NCBI GenBank assembly: GCA_951406725.2
Contig: OX597815.1
Location: forward strand, 178,746,001 to 178,810,000
Source: Octopus vulgaris
Lineage: Eukaryota
Length of the DNA: 64,000 nt
Direction: 5' to 3'
In this document: positions 38,670-51,077 of the stretch, in pieces
How positions within the stretch are numbered: position 1 is the stretch's first letter
How the letters are laid out: each line of letters opens with the position of its first letter
Translations under genes and position numbers: made by a program
Notes under the pieces: model-generated
What the model was told of the DNA's origin: nothing
Databases searched by the model: none
What the model saw: the letters and a program-made list of their open reading frames with translations, nothing else

Positions 38670-39007
38670 GTGCCCTTTTCAAGCCTTGCCAGGCTCATGG
38701 GCCCGGTTTCTGTGACGTATGTGTTCCCCCCAGCTGGATGGGATGCCAATCCATCGCAGGGTTACTCAAGAAACAGGAAGAAAGTGTGAGAGAAAGTTGG
38801 GGCGAAAGAGTACAACAGGGGTCGCCACCACCCCCTGCCGGAACCTTGAGGAGCTTTAGGTGTTTTCGCTCAATAAACACACATAGCCTGCCTGGGAATT
38901 GAAACCGCAATCCTCCGGCCGCGAGTCCGCTGCCCTAACCACTGGGCCATTGCGCCTCCACGGATTGTTGGTATGGCTGTGGAATAGTATTCCAGCACAT
39001 CTTTTTG

Positions 39008-39076
<69 letters not shown>

Positions 39077-39372
39077 TAGATAGATAGAGGCGCAATGGCC
39101 TGACTCACGGTCGCAGGATCGCGGTTTCGATTCCCAGACCGGGCATTGTGAGTGTTTATTGAGCGAAAACACCTAAAAGCTCCACGAGGCTCCGGCAGGG
39201 GGTGGTGATCCCTGCTGTACTCTTTCACCATTCTTTCTCCCACTCTTTCTTCTGTTGGCCTGCTCGCTTAGCCAGCGGGGTGGCGTCATTCGAAGGCTAA
39301 AACAATGCGAACGCATTGTGACCAGCGATGTGTAACAACATCTGATGGTCTGGTCGGTCATGTGATCACGTG

Positions 39373-39374
<2 letters not shown>
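38670..39374. mobile_element. Divergent family D pair (38670-38960 -, tail 2; 39088-39374 +, tail 3) around (TA)n
   Basis: Shared head, unrelated tails. Confidence 0.75.
39008..39074. repeat. (TA)n microsatellite
   Basis: Direct. Confidence 0.95.
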
Positions 39375-39408
<34 letters not shown>

Positions 39409-40850
39409 GCACATCATATGTTGTGTTTAACATTTGTTTTTCCATGCTAATATAACTTAGATAAGATTTTTGTAGTCAGATACTTTTCCAAACACCAACA
39501 GTTATCTATTTTTCAAGTAAGGAATGATTTTCTTCTTTTGATTGCAGAGGAATTCAAAAATGCAAAGCTAGCAGATGATTTATTGACAGGAAGTGCCAAT
39601 GAACATCACTGGATGCAGCTCAGCTACAACCGGTGATATCGTCATTTGTAGCCGAGCTGCAAATGGTAAAGTCGGTGAAACCATAGCTATATGTAGGTTG
39701 TAAGTATTTACACACACACACACACACCATTATTTACTTAGATTGTGGTGGCCATGCTGGGACACCACCTTGAAGAATATTAGTCAAATGAATCAACCAA
39801 AGTACTTTTTTTCTATCGATCTCTTTTGCCAAACCACTAAGTCACGGGGACATAAACACACCCACGCCAGTTGTCAAGGAGTGGTGAAGGACAAAAACCC
39901 AAAGACACACATACATAGATTATATGATAGGATTCTTTCAGCTTGCATCTACCAAATTTGGTCAGCCCAAAGCTATAGTAGGTGTCATGCATTGGGATTG
40001 AACCTGGAACCATGTGATTGGAAAGCAAAATATGTCATTCATTCATACAGTGATTCGTAGACATAAAGATTATCATATAGACAGGGCATATTTCACAAAT
40101 TTCACTCATAGATAACCCAAGACTACTCATGCATGCATGCATGAACACACACACACACACACACACACATGTACCCTGTCAAAAACGAGAAAGTGAAATT
40201 TTTCTATAAAACACAATATCTCTCATGCACCAGATGGCATTTGCTAAAAAGCATTCGTGAAGTAAAATCATGTAGCAACACCAAATGGCGGTGCCCCAGC
40301 ATGGCCACAGCTTGTGAGCTGAAACTAAATAAAAAAAAAATATTATTTTTAATCGTTCATTTTTTTATTGTTGGTGTCTTGTTGTTTTCTGTTAAGTACA
40401 GACTGACTTAATATCATCATCATCATCGTAGCATGGGTTGGATATCCCAAATGTACTAATGCATTAATTGCTCTGCTTATAGTGCCATGCTTCCATGTAG
40501 CAGAAAGTCCAAACTCGATCAATGCCTAAATATCTGCAGAAGCTCAACTTACCAATCCAATGCTCTACTTCATTGATAAATTACATCATCTAATTCCAAC
40601 TGAGAATCACTAAAAACCACATTGTCATCTACAGTTCTATATTTAAGAGATGAGGAATTATGTACATTATTTACATTAGTTCCATCATGATTTTATGCAA
40701 GAACAGTTTATGTTCCAACACTAGCTTAGGAGTGTCGACATTTTTTCTATGAAAATCCCTATTTTTTTACTGCTGTGTTGCCATTTTTCGGTGTATTTCA
40801 ACCAGAAAAATGTTCACTTAAAGAGTATAACAAGCTACATAATGCAAAAA

Positions 40851-41244
40851 TCTCTCTATATATAAAGCTGAAGTTGTCTGTGTATGGCATGTTTGGTAGC
40901 CTTCAACTAACACTATCTCCTCCGAGACCCTGCACCGCAAGTTGACCAAAATTGAAAGCATGATAGAAGAAGGCTTGCTCTTCCTTCCGTAGAAGATAAA
41001 CTTCAAATTGGACCATGTTAACACCAAAAATTATTTACATCAAAAAGGTGCTTTTTTTTTATGAAAATCCCTATTTTTTACGATTTTTTGACTGCTGTGT
41101 CGCCATTTTTCGGTGTATTTCAACCAGAAAAATGTTCACTTAAAGAGAATAACAAGCTACATAATGCAAAATTTTTACTTTTCAAAAATTCCAATTCTAA
41201 AGGGTTGAAACAAACCCGAGCAATGCCGGGGGCGATACTGCTAG
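40851..41244 (+). mobile_element. Non-autonomous Helitron (partial duplicate just upstream, 40740-40850)
   Basis: tctctctatatataaagctgaag...cccgagcaatgccggg..gatactgCTAG-t. Confidence 0.75.
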
Positions 41245-41649
41245 TAAGATAATATTTCCAGGTCTTATTACTCTCCCAGGCAGTGAGCTGGCAGAATCAT
41301 TAGCACACAGAGCAAAATGCTTTGCGGCATTTCAATTGTCCTTAAGTTCTGAATTCAATTCCCACTGAGGTCGACTTTGCTTTTCATCCTTTCAGGGTCG
41401 ATAAATTAAGTAGCAGTGAAACACCAGGGATCAAAGTAATGAACTTGCCCCCTCCCCCAAAATTTGAAACCATTACTATTGAGCTTGTGCCTATAAAGTG
41501 ACTGTTTCAAAAACTCCTTCATTCCTCCCTATGCATCTACATCTAAGGTTTTATACCAGTACAGCAGTAATCAATAAGAGAGGGGCAATAACTTAGAAGA
41601 TAGGGTACCATATGGATTGTGAGTCTATATCCTAGATTAAGGATTAATC

Positions 41650-42063
41650 TTTTACTTTTACTTGTTTCAGTCATTTTGACTGTGGCCATGCTGGAGCACT
41701 GCCTTTAGTCGAGCAAATCAACCCTGGGACTTATTCTTTGTAAGCCCAGTACTTATTCAATCGGTCTCTTTTGCCGAACCACTAAGTGTCGAGGACATAA
41801 ACACACCAGCATTGGTTGTCAAGCAATGCTAGAGGGACAAACACAGACACACAAACATATACACACACATACATATATATATATATATACACATATATAT
41901 GACAGGCTTCTTTCAGTTTCCGTCTACTAAATCCACTCATAAGGCTTTGGTCGGCCCGAGGCTATAGCAGAAGACACTTGCCCAAGATGCCACGCAGTGG
42001 GACTGAACCCGGAACCATGTGGTTGGTTAGCAAGCTACTTACCACACAGCCACTCCTGCGCCT
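41650..42063 (-). mobile_element. SINE family A
   Basis: Full-length reverse-complement match. Confidence 0.9.
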
Positions 42064-42518
42064 TTTTAATATCTGGGCCAGATCCAAACCTAGATATTGT
42101 TAGGGGGCTACGCCAAAAGTAAAACAAATCAACAAAAGAAAAATTCATTCATAGAAATAAGAGTTTCGAAGGCCACAATGAGGCCCTTGGGGGCCAAGGT
42201 AGAAAACGACTGTCCTAGATACACTCAACATGAAAAAATTGATAGGATGGTTAGGGCAGGAATACCTATCTGTTCAAGAGCTTACCTGAGGTTAAACAAC
42301 AGGCAGGAGAAATGATTGATAAATACAGGTTAGAATGGACAGAATGTCTCATTTTTAAACAGATAGGGCCAAAGGGCAAGGATGCTAAGATAGTTTTGTG
42401 ACATTTCATGATGCCACAATTTATCTTCTCCACGTGACACAAAGTAACCACGGTATCTTGTTCCAGTTACATCCCATCTCACATGACATTGACCTATGTA
42501 CCATTCATTTAAATAATA

Positions 42519-42776
42519 CAGTTCTAGATTTAAGAGATGAGGATTTATTTACATTATTAACATATGACAGATATTTGTCCTCATCTTGTTTGTTGTTGAA
42601 ACAGAATTTCAGCTGATATACCCTCCAGCCTTCATAAGGCGTCTTGAGGAAATTTCAAACCTGGGTTATAATTCCTAAGGTATTTTTTGATATTATTATT
42701 CAGGTCACTGCCTGGAATTGAACTCGAAATCTTGGGATTAGTAGCCCGCGCTCTTAACCACTACACCATATGCCCG
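42519..42776 (-). mobile_element. Family E: tRNA-headed SINE-like element carrying a (decayed) hammerhead and Penelope-like tail
   Basis: Reverse complement: tRNA-like head (A box TGGTGTAGTGG, B box GAGTTCAATTCC), (AAT)n linker, then the same body as 22847-22983 and 25517-25980 with core CTTATGA-A-GGCTG..CAGCT-GAAA. Confidence 0.75.
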
Positions 42777-43014
42777 TCATATGTAAATATGCTAGCATGG
42801 AAAACGGACGCTAAACGATGATGATGATGATGTATATTCATTTAAAGTATACTGACCTTATCAACATCAATATTAAAACCGAACAAGGGTATACATTTAA
42901 AAAAAAATTTTGTTTTAAATTTCTAAAGAACCCTGTTTGTCAGCAAAAATTGCACCATTAAGATTGGTGCCATAACTATTTGAACCAAACTGTATATATC
43001 ATTCACATTCCTTA

Positions 43015-43260
43015 TTGCACTGACAACTACACTGAATAACAGAGATGAGAGGATGCAACCTTGTTTAATGCCTTTTTAAATTGAAAATTAACTAGATATC
43101 TCATCTTTGATTTTAAATTTATGCACACACAAACCTATAAAATTATCAAATGCAACAAGAATTACAAATTCAATTCAATGAGGAAAAAATGAAAAAATAA
43201 AGATCATAGCTATGGAATCAATGCAAATTTTTAATCCTGATTGCAGTTATGACAAAACTA
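43015..43260 (-). pseudogene. Highly decayed LINE RT fragment
   Basis: GIKQGCILSSLLFSVV (QGxxLSPLLF motif) at about 43025-43072. Confidence 0.5.
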
Positions 43261-43695
43261 TGATTTACTGGTTCTGGTCAGAAAGATGAGGAGTCTTGAT
43301 AATGGTAAAAAATTTCAACTGCTGTATTTCTGGAGATGAGAAGCTTAATGTAACTGTGAAATTTGCCCTTTACGGAAAGAATTGATAATCACCTTTCAAG
43401 TTGTCTAGCTAGGCTTACTCTATCCAAAATGATTAAACACATACTCTTGCAGTCTGCACTTTTTACAGAGAGAGTGCTGGCAACAAGGATGAAATTTGCA
43501 CATCGTTAAAATGTCATTGATGTATCTTAAAAGGTATCCCAAAATCGAAAGTAAATCAATACTTGATTGCTTTTCTTTTTTTTCTTCTCTTTTATTTTTC
43601 TGTGCATGCTCACTTTCAAAGTTCTGTACAAGATGTTTATGCAACGAGAGAAGAACATAACAGACACCACCTGCAGCGTACTGTAGTTTGTTTAA

Positions 43696-44170
43696 CCCTT
43701 TCATTACCAACCTCGCGGAAACCGGCTCTGGCTCTGTAGTACAAATGTCTTGTTTTCCATAAGTTTTGAATTAAGATCGTCCACCAAACCTTAGTCGCAA
43801 TTTATGTTCCTAACACTAGCTTAATGATAACTAAGTTATTTTACTAAATTCTTGGTTATATTTAAAGTAATTAAAAGACAAAACAGAGCATCGCAACAGA
43901 AATATGGTAACAAAAGGATTAGAATATATAATAGAGAAACAATTCTTAACCCTTTTGATATCAACCTGCCTGAAACTGGCTCTGGTTCTGTAGTACAAAT
44001 GTCTTGTTTTCATAAGTTTTAAATTAAAATCTTCCACCAAACCTTAGTCACAATTTATGCTCCTAACACTAGCTTAATGATAACTAAGTTATTTTACTAA
44101 ATTCTTTGTTATATTTAAAGGAATTGAAAGAAACACAGAGCATCTCAAAATAAATACAGTAACGAAAGGG
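43696..44170. mobile_element. Two adjacent piggyBac-like MITEs (43696-43918, 43950-44170)
   Basis: Same family as 31522-31742. Confidence 0.8.
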
Positions 44171-44571
44171 TTAAGGAAATACTAGCAGAAACATTATTCC
44201 AATTATTTTTAAAAGCCCAAGTTAATGAACCATCAAATGAAGAACATATCTTTCAGATCTGAACTGGCATATGTTCACTGACAGTGACAATATACTCCTG
44301 GGGAAAGGCTGAACACCATAAATGCTTTCTTTAAATATAGAACCTTTGTGCACAATCATAAAGGCAGCTTAAGTGTGATGGAGATGCTGTGGGGAAATCT
44401 AATTACCTTAAAGGTTCAATTTGAAAAGTTAACCACCTGTGAAATACTAAATTCAATTGAATATATTCACCCTATCAAGAATTCGAACATCTTGCAGTGT
44501 AAGGAATCCTTTTATGTTAAATTTAGTAAAAAAAAAATTGACAAAGTACTTGATAAAATGATAAAGCCAGC

Positions 44572-44665
44572 AGGTGTGTGTGTGTGAGTGCATGTGTGTG
44601 TGTGTGTGTCTGTGAGTGTCTGTGTGTGTGAGTCTGTGTGTGTGTGTGTGAGTGTGTGTGTGCGC
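44572..44665. repeat. (TG)n microsatellite
   Basis: Direct. Confidence 0.95.
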
Positions 44666-45488
44666 GCACATACTGTGATAATAGAACATTTGGCCATTCA
44701 GATAGAAAACACCCACATCAATATCTAACACAACAATAACTGTATAACCAAGTGTTTCACTTTTGAGCAGAAGTTTTACAGATTTATATTGTCTGAATTG
44801 CTTTTGCAAAATATATTTAGCAGGCTTCTCTTCAAAAACCCCAAATTTTTCAGTTTATTTTTTGCTCAAACCTAAAATAGTAGAAAGATAACAACATGTA
44901 TCAATAGATATGGGGACAAACACGAGCTTGTGATCAGGGTTACAATATCTACAGCCTGTGAACTATATCTAAAATGCATGTTGTTGTTCCCCAACATCAA
45001 AAATTCTATGAACAAGTCAATGGTGTAGCCTCTACCTGACACTCAATCTGCTATAAATAGCAACCAAATCACCCTAAAAAACAAAACAAAAAGGGGGAGA
45101 GGATAAATTAAATAATGTAGCCCAGAGCACAATATAACCGGAGAAAAGAAAAATATCCTTTTCTACTCTAGGTACAAGGCCCGAAATTTTGGGAGAGGGG
45201 GCCAGTCGATTAGATTGACCCAAATACACAACTGATACTTAATTTATTGACTCCGAAAGGATGAAAGGCAAAGTTGACCTCCACAGAATTTGAACTCAGA
45301 ATGTAAAGACAGATGAAATACCACCAAGCATCTTCCCCAGCGTGCTAACATTTAAAAAAATGTCAAAGCTGGAATGCCTTTGCTGTGATCAAAACCAATT
45401 TGTGGTTAAGGGGCAACTTATAACAACTTATGTACTTCAACATGGTACACAGTAAAGTGAGACAGACAAGAGACCATGGATGACTTAC

Positions 45489-45541
45489 TTTTCTCACAGA
45501 GCATATTCAATGAACGCACTGCAGTTCAAAGTTCTGAGATG
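45489..45541 (-). other. Candidate 53-nt internal exon
   Basis: Acceptor tcttttccacctctgcag and donor aaa|gtaagt. Confidence 0.4.
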
Positions 45542-46789
45542 CTGCAGAGGTGGAAAAGACCCACCACAGAAGACAAAGTGCTACAACAATAGTGCTCCAT
45601 AAAACGCACATGCACACAAGCTGAGGTCTGTTAGAAGTCAGAGCATTATGGAAAATGATGGTCTATTAGGGCTAGTATATCAAGCCTGTGTACCTCTCCA
45701 TAAACCCATCGTTATCATCATCATTGAACGTCTGCTTGCCATGCTAGCATGGGTTTGACGGTTTGACAGGAACTAGTAAGCCAGAGAACTGCACCAGGTT
45801 CCAGTCTGATTTGGTATGGTTTCTACAGCTGGATGCCCTCTCTAACACCAACCACTCCAAGAGTGTAAATGGATGCTTTTCACAGACCACCGGCACGAGA
45901 ACGATTTCATTTGGTTTGACGAGTCTTCACAGGCACGGTACATCGCCAAAGATCTCCCGGATAGCTGTTCTGCATTCAACTATCAGAATTTGAACAAATT
46001 CCAGAGACGGGCGTAAGTTCCAGCTCAGCTGATGAGATACACATTTTCAAACTCAACATTGTAGGAGACTAACGGAAATAATTCGGTTATACAGAATTTT
46101 ACTATAGCAAAGAGCGCTCTGATCTAGGACATTACATCGTGAGGTGGAATGACTTTATCAGGGATACTGCGCAAATTCCTTTAACAACTGAGGAACAGCA
46201 GATTCCCTGCACCGTTAAATCAGTAAATTAATGATTTGGCCAAGGGGTAATAATACCGATTTATTTATTACACAGGCAGAAAGGTCACGAATTTGTATAG
46301 GAGATGAGTGACTGGATTTGAACTCAGAACAAATAATTACGACAGTGTTTCGAGCATAACAGATGTCTGCAACTCTACCGACTGGTTTCTCATAACTTAA
46401 CTGAAAAATAGATATTTTTGAGACAAAATTTGTGCAACAAATACGTGTATAATAGGATTATATCGGAAGTTGATTTGAAAAAAAGGTGGCGGTTAATTCG
46501 CGCACTTCATCTAGGGAAACGAAGTCGAGGTGTGTCAATTATTCAACCTCACCCCCAAATGTTTTTTTAAACAGATCAAATTCCGATATAATCGTCATCT
46601 ACACCAAATGAAAGGAATTTGAGAAAGTTATGAGAAAACAAATCGACGTGTATGAATTATCGGTACTACTTGAGAACAGTGGCCCCGGTGCGCGCACTCG
46701 CATAGTCGCGCATCCACGCTAGCTAGTCATGACTAGTCGATCCTTACTTTGTGTTTTTGTGTTTTATTTACTTTGTTTAACAAAAATTA

Positions 46790-47168
46790 GGCAATCTTTC
46801 GTCTCTAGTAGACCTTTCCGTCGATTTCCGTAAAAAAATTTTTTTTTTTTGCATATGGGCTTGCGGAAACTTTTGAAGTAATGAGAGCGAAAGAGACTAA
46901 GAGAAAGCGATTGTATGACGAGGGAAGTTCTTTTGAAGTTACCGTGCATGGGAGCATTGATGTACATGTGTGTGTGTGTTTGATGGGGTGTGGGAGACAG
47001 ATAGTATGTTGTGTAAGTGAAGTGCTTCTGTTAGTGTGTGAAGAGACAGAGAGAGTAATGCGTCTCTTTCGCTCTCATTACTTCAATAGTTCCCGCAAGC
47101 CCATATGTAAAAAAAAAAATTTTTTTACGGAAATCGACGGAAAGGTCTACTAGAGACGAAAGATCGCC
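46790..47168. mobile_element. MITE-like element with about 107-bp terminal inverted repeats
   Basis: ggcaatctttcgtctctagtagacc...ggtctactagagacgaaagatcgcc. Confidence 0.8.
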
Positions 47169-49742
47169 ATAGGCTTTCTTTCGTTTTGAGTCGATCTCTG
47201 TAAACATTGTCCTCGGTAATTTCTAAATAATTTCTTACACTATTTAAAATATATAAGTCGGCAAATTTGAATGGAAGGGCTGTACTCAACAATATTGACC
47301 CAGTTCAATGCCGGTATCTGATTTAATCGATCGAAAAGCAATGATTAAAGTCGAATCAACAATCCCCCCGACGGGATGTGGACGCAGGGTTAGAAGCTGA
47401 TAAGACGACCATTCATTCAAACTGTAGACAACGACCATATGATTGAACAAAGGGTGAAGTGAGATAATCGAATTGTGATTTGTCTTTTTTTTATTTTAAT
47501 CACCAATAAATATAGTCAACGAAAAACTGATGATAGGAGGGGGAAAATAAAAGATAAGCAACAGACAGACACGAGACATGTTTAGATAACCAATTAAAAA
47601 TACACAACATCGCAACAGTTGACAATTTGTCATTCTGAAATCACCTCAAGGTTTTCACATACAGAATTTAACTGGAAAAAAAAAAAAACATGATTTTTAA
47701 TTGTAGATATTTTTCTACAAAAAGATTAAAAACCACAACCTGATTAAGGGAGATTGTTGCGACGTTCCAAGGATAAAAATCATAACATATTCACGAGCAT
47801 TATTATATACACTGGAATAATAAACATATGGATCGGACACTAGCGTTCAGGGATATAATAAAGGTGCTCTATTGACTTTTAGCGGTCCCAATTTCTTCTT
47901 CTTATTATTATTATTTGTTAGTGGGGTGGGGTGTACTTTGCCGTATTTCTTCCGGCTGTTGACATTTTGAGTTCGAATCCCGCCGAGGTCAACATTACCT
48001 TTCATTCCACCAGGATCGATAAAATAAAGTAATAAGTAGGTAGTATGGCCGATGAAATCGACTAATCCCTTCCATTTACTGACCTTAAATCTAAATCAGA
48101 TATTATTATTATTATTATTATTTACCAACAATTTTAAAAAGACAATTGCAAAAAGGATTTTAAGAGGGTACCGCATACTAATGTGCTACAAAATGCTTTT
48201 ATAAAAACAAAGATAGGTGTGGGCGTAGAAAGTCAGTGGTACCAATGGACAGGGGTTAATCTCTTCTAACCACAGGGTTAAAAGAGATTTGATCTCTTCT
48301 AACCCTAACTGGTACGAAGTGGAGGGGCAATAGTAACAGACGAAACTGAAGCAGAACGATGTCTTGAGGTGTCAACTGAGTCATACTAATCTGGGCTACA
48401 TCCCTATTGTTTTTTTGTTGGATGAGAGGGTTATTAAGTACAACATCCGCTCTTTTATGAGGGGAAAGGAGTCGGTCGGGTATAATGGCATTCTTTTACA
48501 ACTTATTTTTATCAACGGCAAAAATAAAAGTGATGAAAATGTAAAGGGGTTCGAATTGGGGATGCGAGACTGACAGGACTTTAATAATGGTGTTACAACG
48601 TACGTGGACACACACAGACACACACACAAAAATACACTATACATATTTATATGTGTGTGTGTTTGTGTCATATACACACATACACATGTACATGAAGGTA
48701 TATGGCATACTGTAAAATCCTCTGAGTTGTAAAGGTAGATGGAGGATTAAAGTAAAATAGAAGCAATTAATGACATCCTAAAAGGTTTCAACGAAAAAAG
48801 AAAAAAAAAATAGAGGCGAAACAGTTTTATTGTCGAGAATTAAAGACCACCCAGCTTTCGCCTATCGCAATGAATAAATCATGATGATTTTATTTTTATT
48901 CAGATTAAGATTCACAAAAAGCTGTTCACCACTTTATTATTGATGGTACTTCTATCGACCCTACAAGAGATTAAATGTAGCTTGTGGTTGAGATATGAAC
49001 ATAGAAATGAGATGGTGACTGGAATTTTAAGGGAGAGAGAGGAACTGACAAATGATGCCTATCATTTCCAAATTCTTCTTGGGTATATATTAGTTAAATG
49101 ACTAAATTGGTTCAAAGCTAAAACCGAAACAGAGGGGGTAAATCCGTTTGCTAACCATAGAATTCCTTTCAGCGCCTCAAATTCATAAATGAAGGAAAAT
49201 GCGACTGGGTGGTGTTCACTCCTTCATTTAACCAGCAGCGAAAATAAACGAGGAAATCTTTAAAGACACACAATTTGTCAATAATTCAGATAAATATTCA
49301 AGGTTGTTCGTGTTAAATTTAAACTTGTTTTTAAACTTCAGATTTAATATGAAAGTTTGATGGGGTTTTTTTTTTTTTGGTTTTTTTTGTTAATGATTAC
49401 AAACAAAATATACAAATACCCACATTAAAAAAGAAATACGTACATATTTTTGAAATATTGATAGAACGAGAAAGAAACATGGTTATTAAATATTCATACG
49501 TGGAATGACATTTAATGTATGTGTCGAGAGAAAAGTTTATATATATTCGATTCAGATAAACAGATATAAACAAACAGGCAGATTATAATATTCATTACAT
49601 ACACGCAAAGAGATTAGAGAGAAAAGCGGCTGAAATGGAAATGAATGAATACGACACGAATTTGATGAGAGAAAATTGAAGTAGGAAAGAATTAAGGCTG
49701 AAAGAAAGTAATGACTATTTATTAGTATTAGTATAATCTTAC

Positions 49743-50150
49743 CTTTCAAGTAATTTAGGATTTCCTAGTAGAGTATGAGGACAGATATTTGCAGTACATT
49801 TAATAGAGTGCTTCGTCTGCAACTGTCACTCAACGGGGGTTTAGCTTCGAGTCGTAGTATTAGCAGCAGCGACGGAACGAATAGCAGGAAATGTACTATT
49901 CACCCGAGCAAATAAATAAGCTATTTTACGAGGAAGCTTCTATCAATGTGTTTGCGGGGATTGGGTTATCGACACGGCGGCAGTAGTAAAGCGTTTTTAG
50001 TGAAGGTTTTTCACAAATAGGCAATACGCAAATAAAGAAATTCACCGAAAAAACATTTCGGTTGTTCGGGTAAATAAAATATCGAAGCAGAAGCTACTAT
50101 CATAAATATCGTGAACCGAGTTATCTGCACGATATTATTAATAGTCATAG
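49743..50150 (-). promoter_or_regulatory. Putative first (non-coding) exon / promoter region of a minus-strand transcript
   Basis: CpG-retaining, SINE-free; strong donor AAG|GTAAGA at 49742. Confidence 0.4.
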
Positions 50151-50227
50151 ATTTTGGAGTCAATTTTACTTTTTTTTTTACTGGAGGAAAAGTAAGAGAT
50201 AAGTTTACCCCTCTTTCCTGTTTCCAT

Positions 50228-50322
50228 TCTTTCTCCCTCCCTCTCTCTCTCTCTCTCTCCCTCTCTCTTCTCTGCCTGTCTTTCTTCCTTTCTTTCTTTC
50301 TCTCTCTCTCTCTCTCGTCCCT
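50228..50322. repeat. (CT)n/(CTTT)n pyrimidine tract
   Basis: Direct; borders the CpG-richer block. Confidence 0.9.
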
Positions 50323-50681
50323 CATTCCCTATATATTTATCTGACCTCCTACATGTTTTCTTGGGGCTTCTTTTTTTTTCCATAAAACTTTTCGTTTCTA
50401 AATTAATTAAAACTCTAGAATAAGACTAGTATGTATCAAAAAAGAAGTCAAAATTTATAGGGTGTGGCAAAAAATCTTTTCATTGCAAAATTCTAAGTAA
50501 ATTATATTTTCTATCGAAAACGTCTAGTAGATAGGAGGGTGAAAACAGTCCTCGAAATACAATCTTATATATGAACACATACACACACACATTCACACAC
50601 ATATATAAAGAAAGATACACATACTCAAGCAGAATGAAATGTAGATAAACATAAATTTCACATATATATCAATCACAGTTT

Positions 50682-50814
50682 GTTTTCAACAGCTGTTTCA
50701 TTAAGAATAAGCACAATTAAGTCTACAGTTACACCATTAAGATAGACAATTAATGAAATTTAATTGAAATTAAATTAGTTTAGAGTAATGTTCATCCCAA
50801 ATCATCAGGAATAC
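50682..50814 (-). ncRNA. Type I hammerhead ribozyme with long stem II
   Basis: Reverse complement reads GTATTC-CTGATGA-[TTTGGGATGAACAT...GTGCTTATTCTTAAT]-GAAA-CAGCTG-TT|GAAAAC; same ACAGCTGT palindromic stem III as the 52.2 kb motif. Confidence 0.65.
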
Positions 50815-51077
50815 TACCAGCTATATCTGCTTTAATAAACATAAACCATTGCTGGTTTAAATACACAACACTGAGAGAATCATATATATATATATACAAA
50901 TTGAGATAGGGGTTGTAAATGCAACCCTCCATGGGATAACATATATCCAATATACTGCTAGTGAAGTACCCAACAAAGTTAATACATAAATGTTAATGAT
51001 TGCGATGCAATTAATTCATTTACTGTATTATATGGGCAAAGGTAAAATGATTTACCACAAATTACTAATACAAGATA

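Noticed and set aside
39614-39661. 16-bp-arm hairpin (pre-miRNA?)
   Set aside because: Arms too short, single occurrence, no other support.
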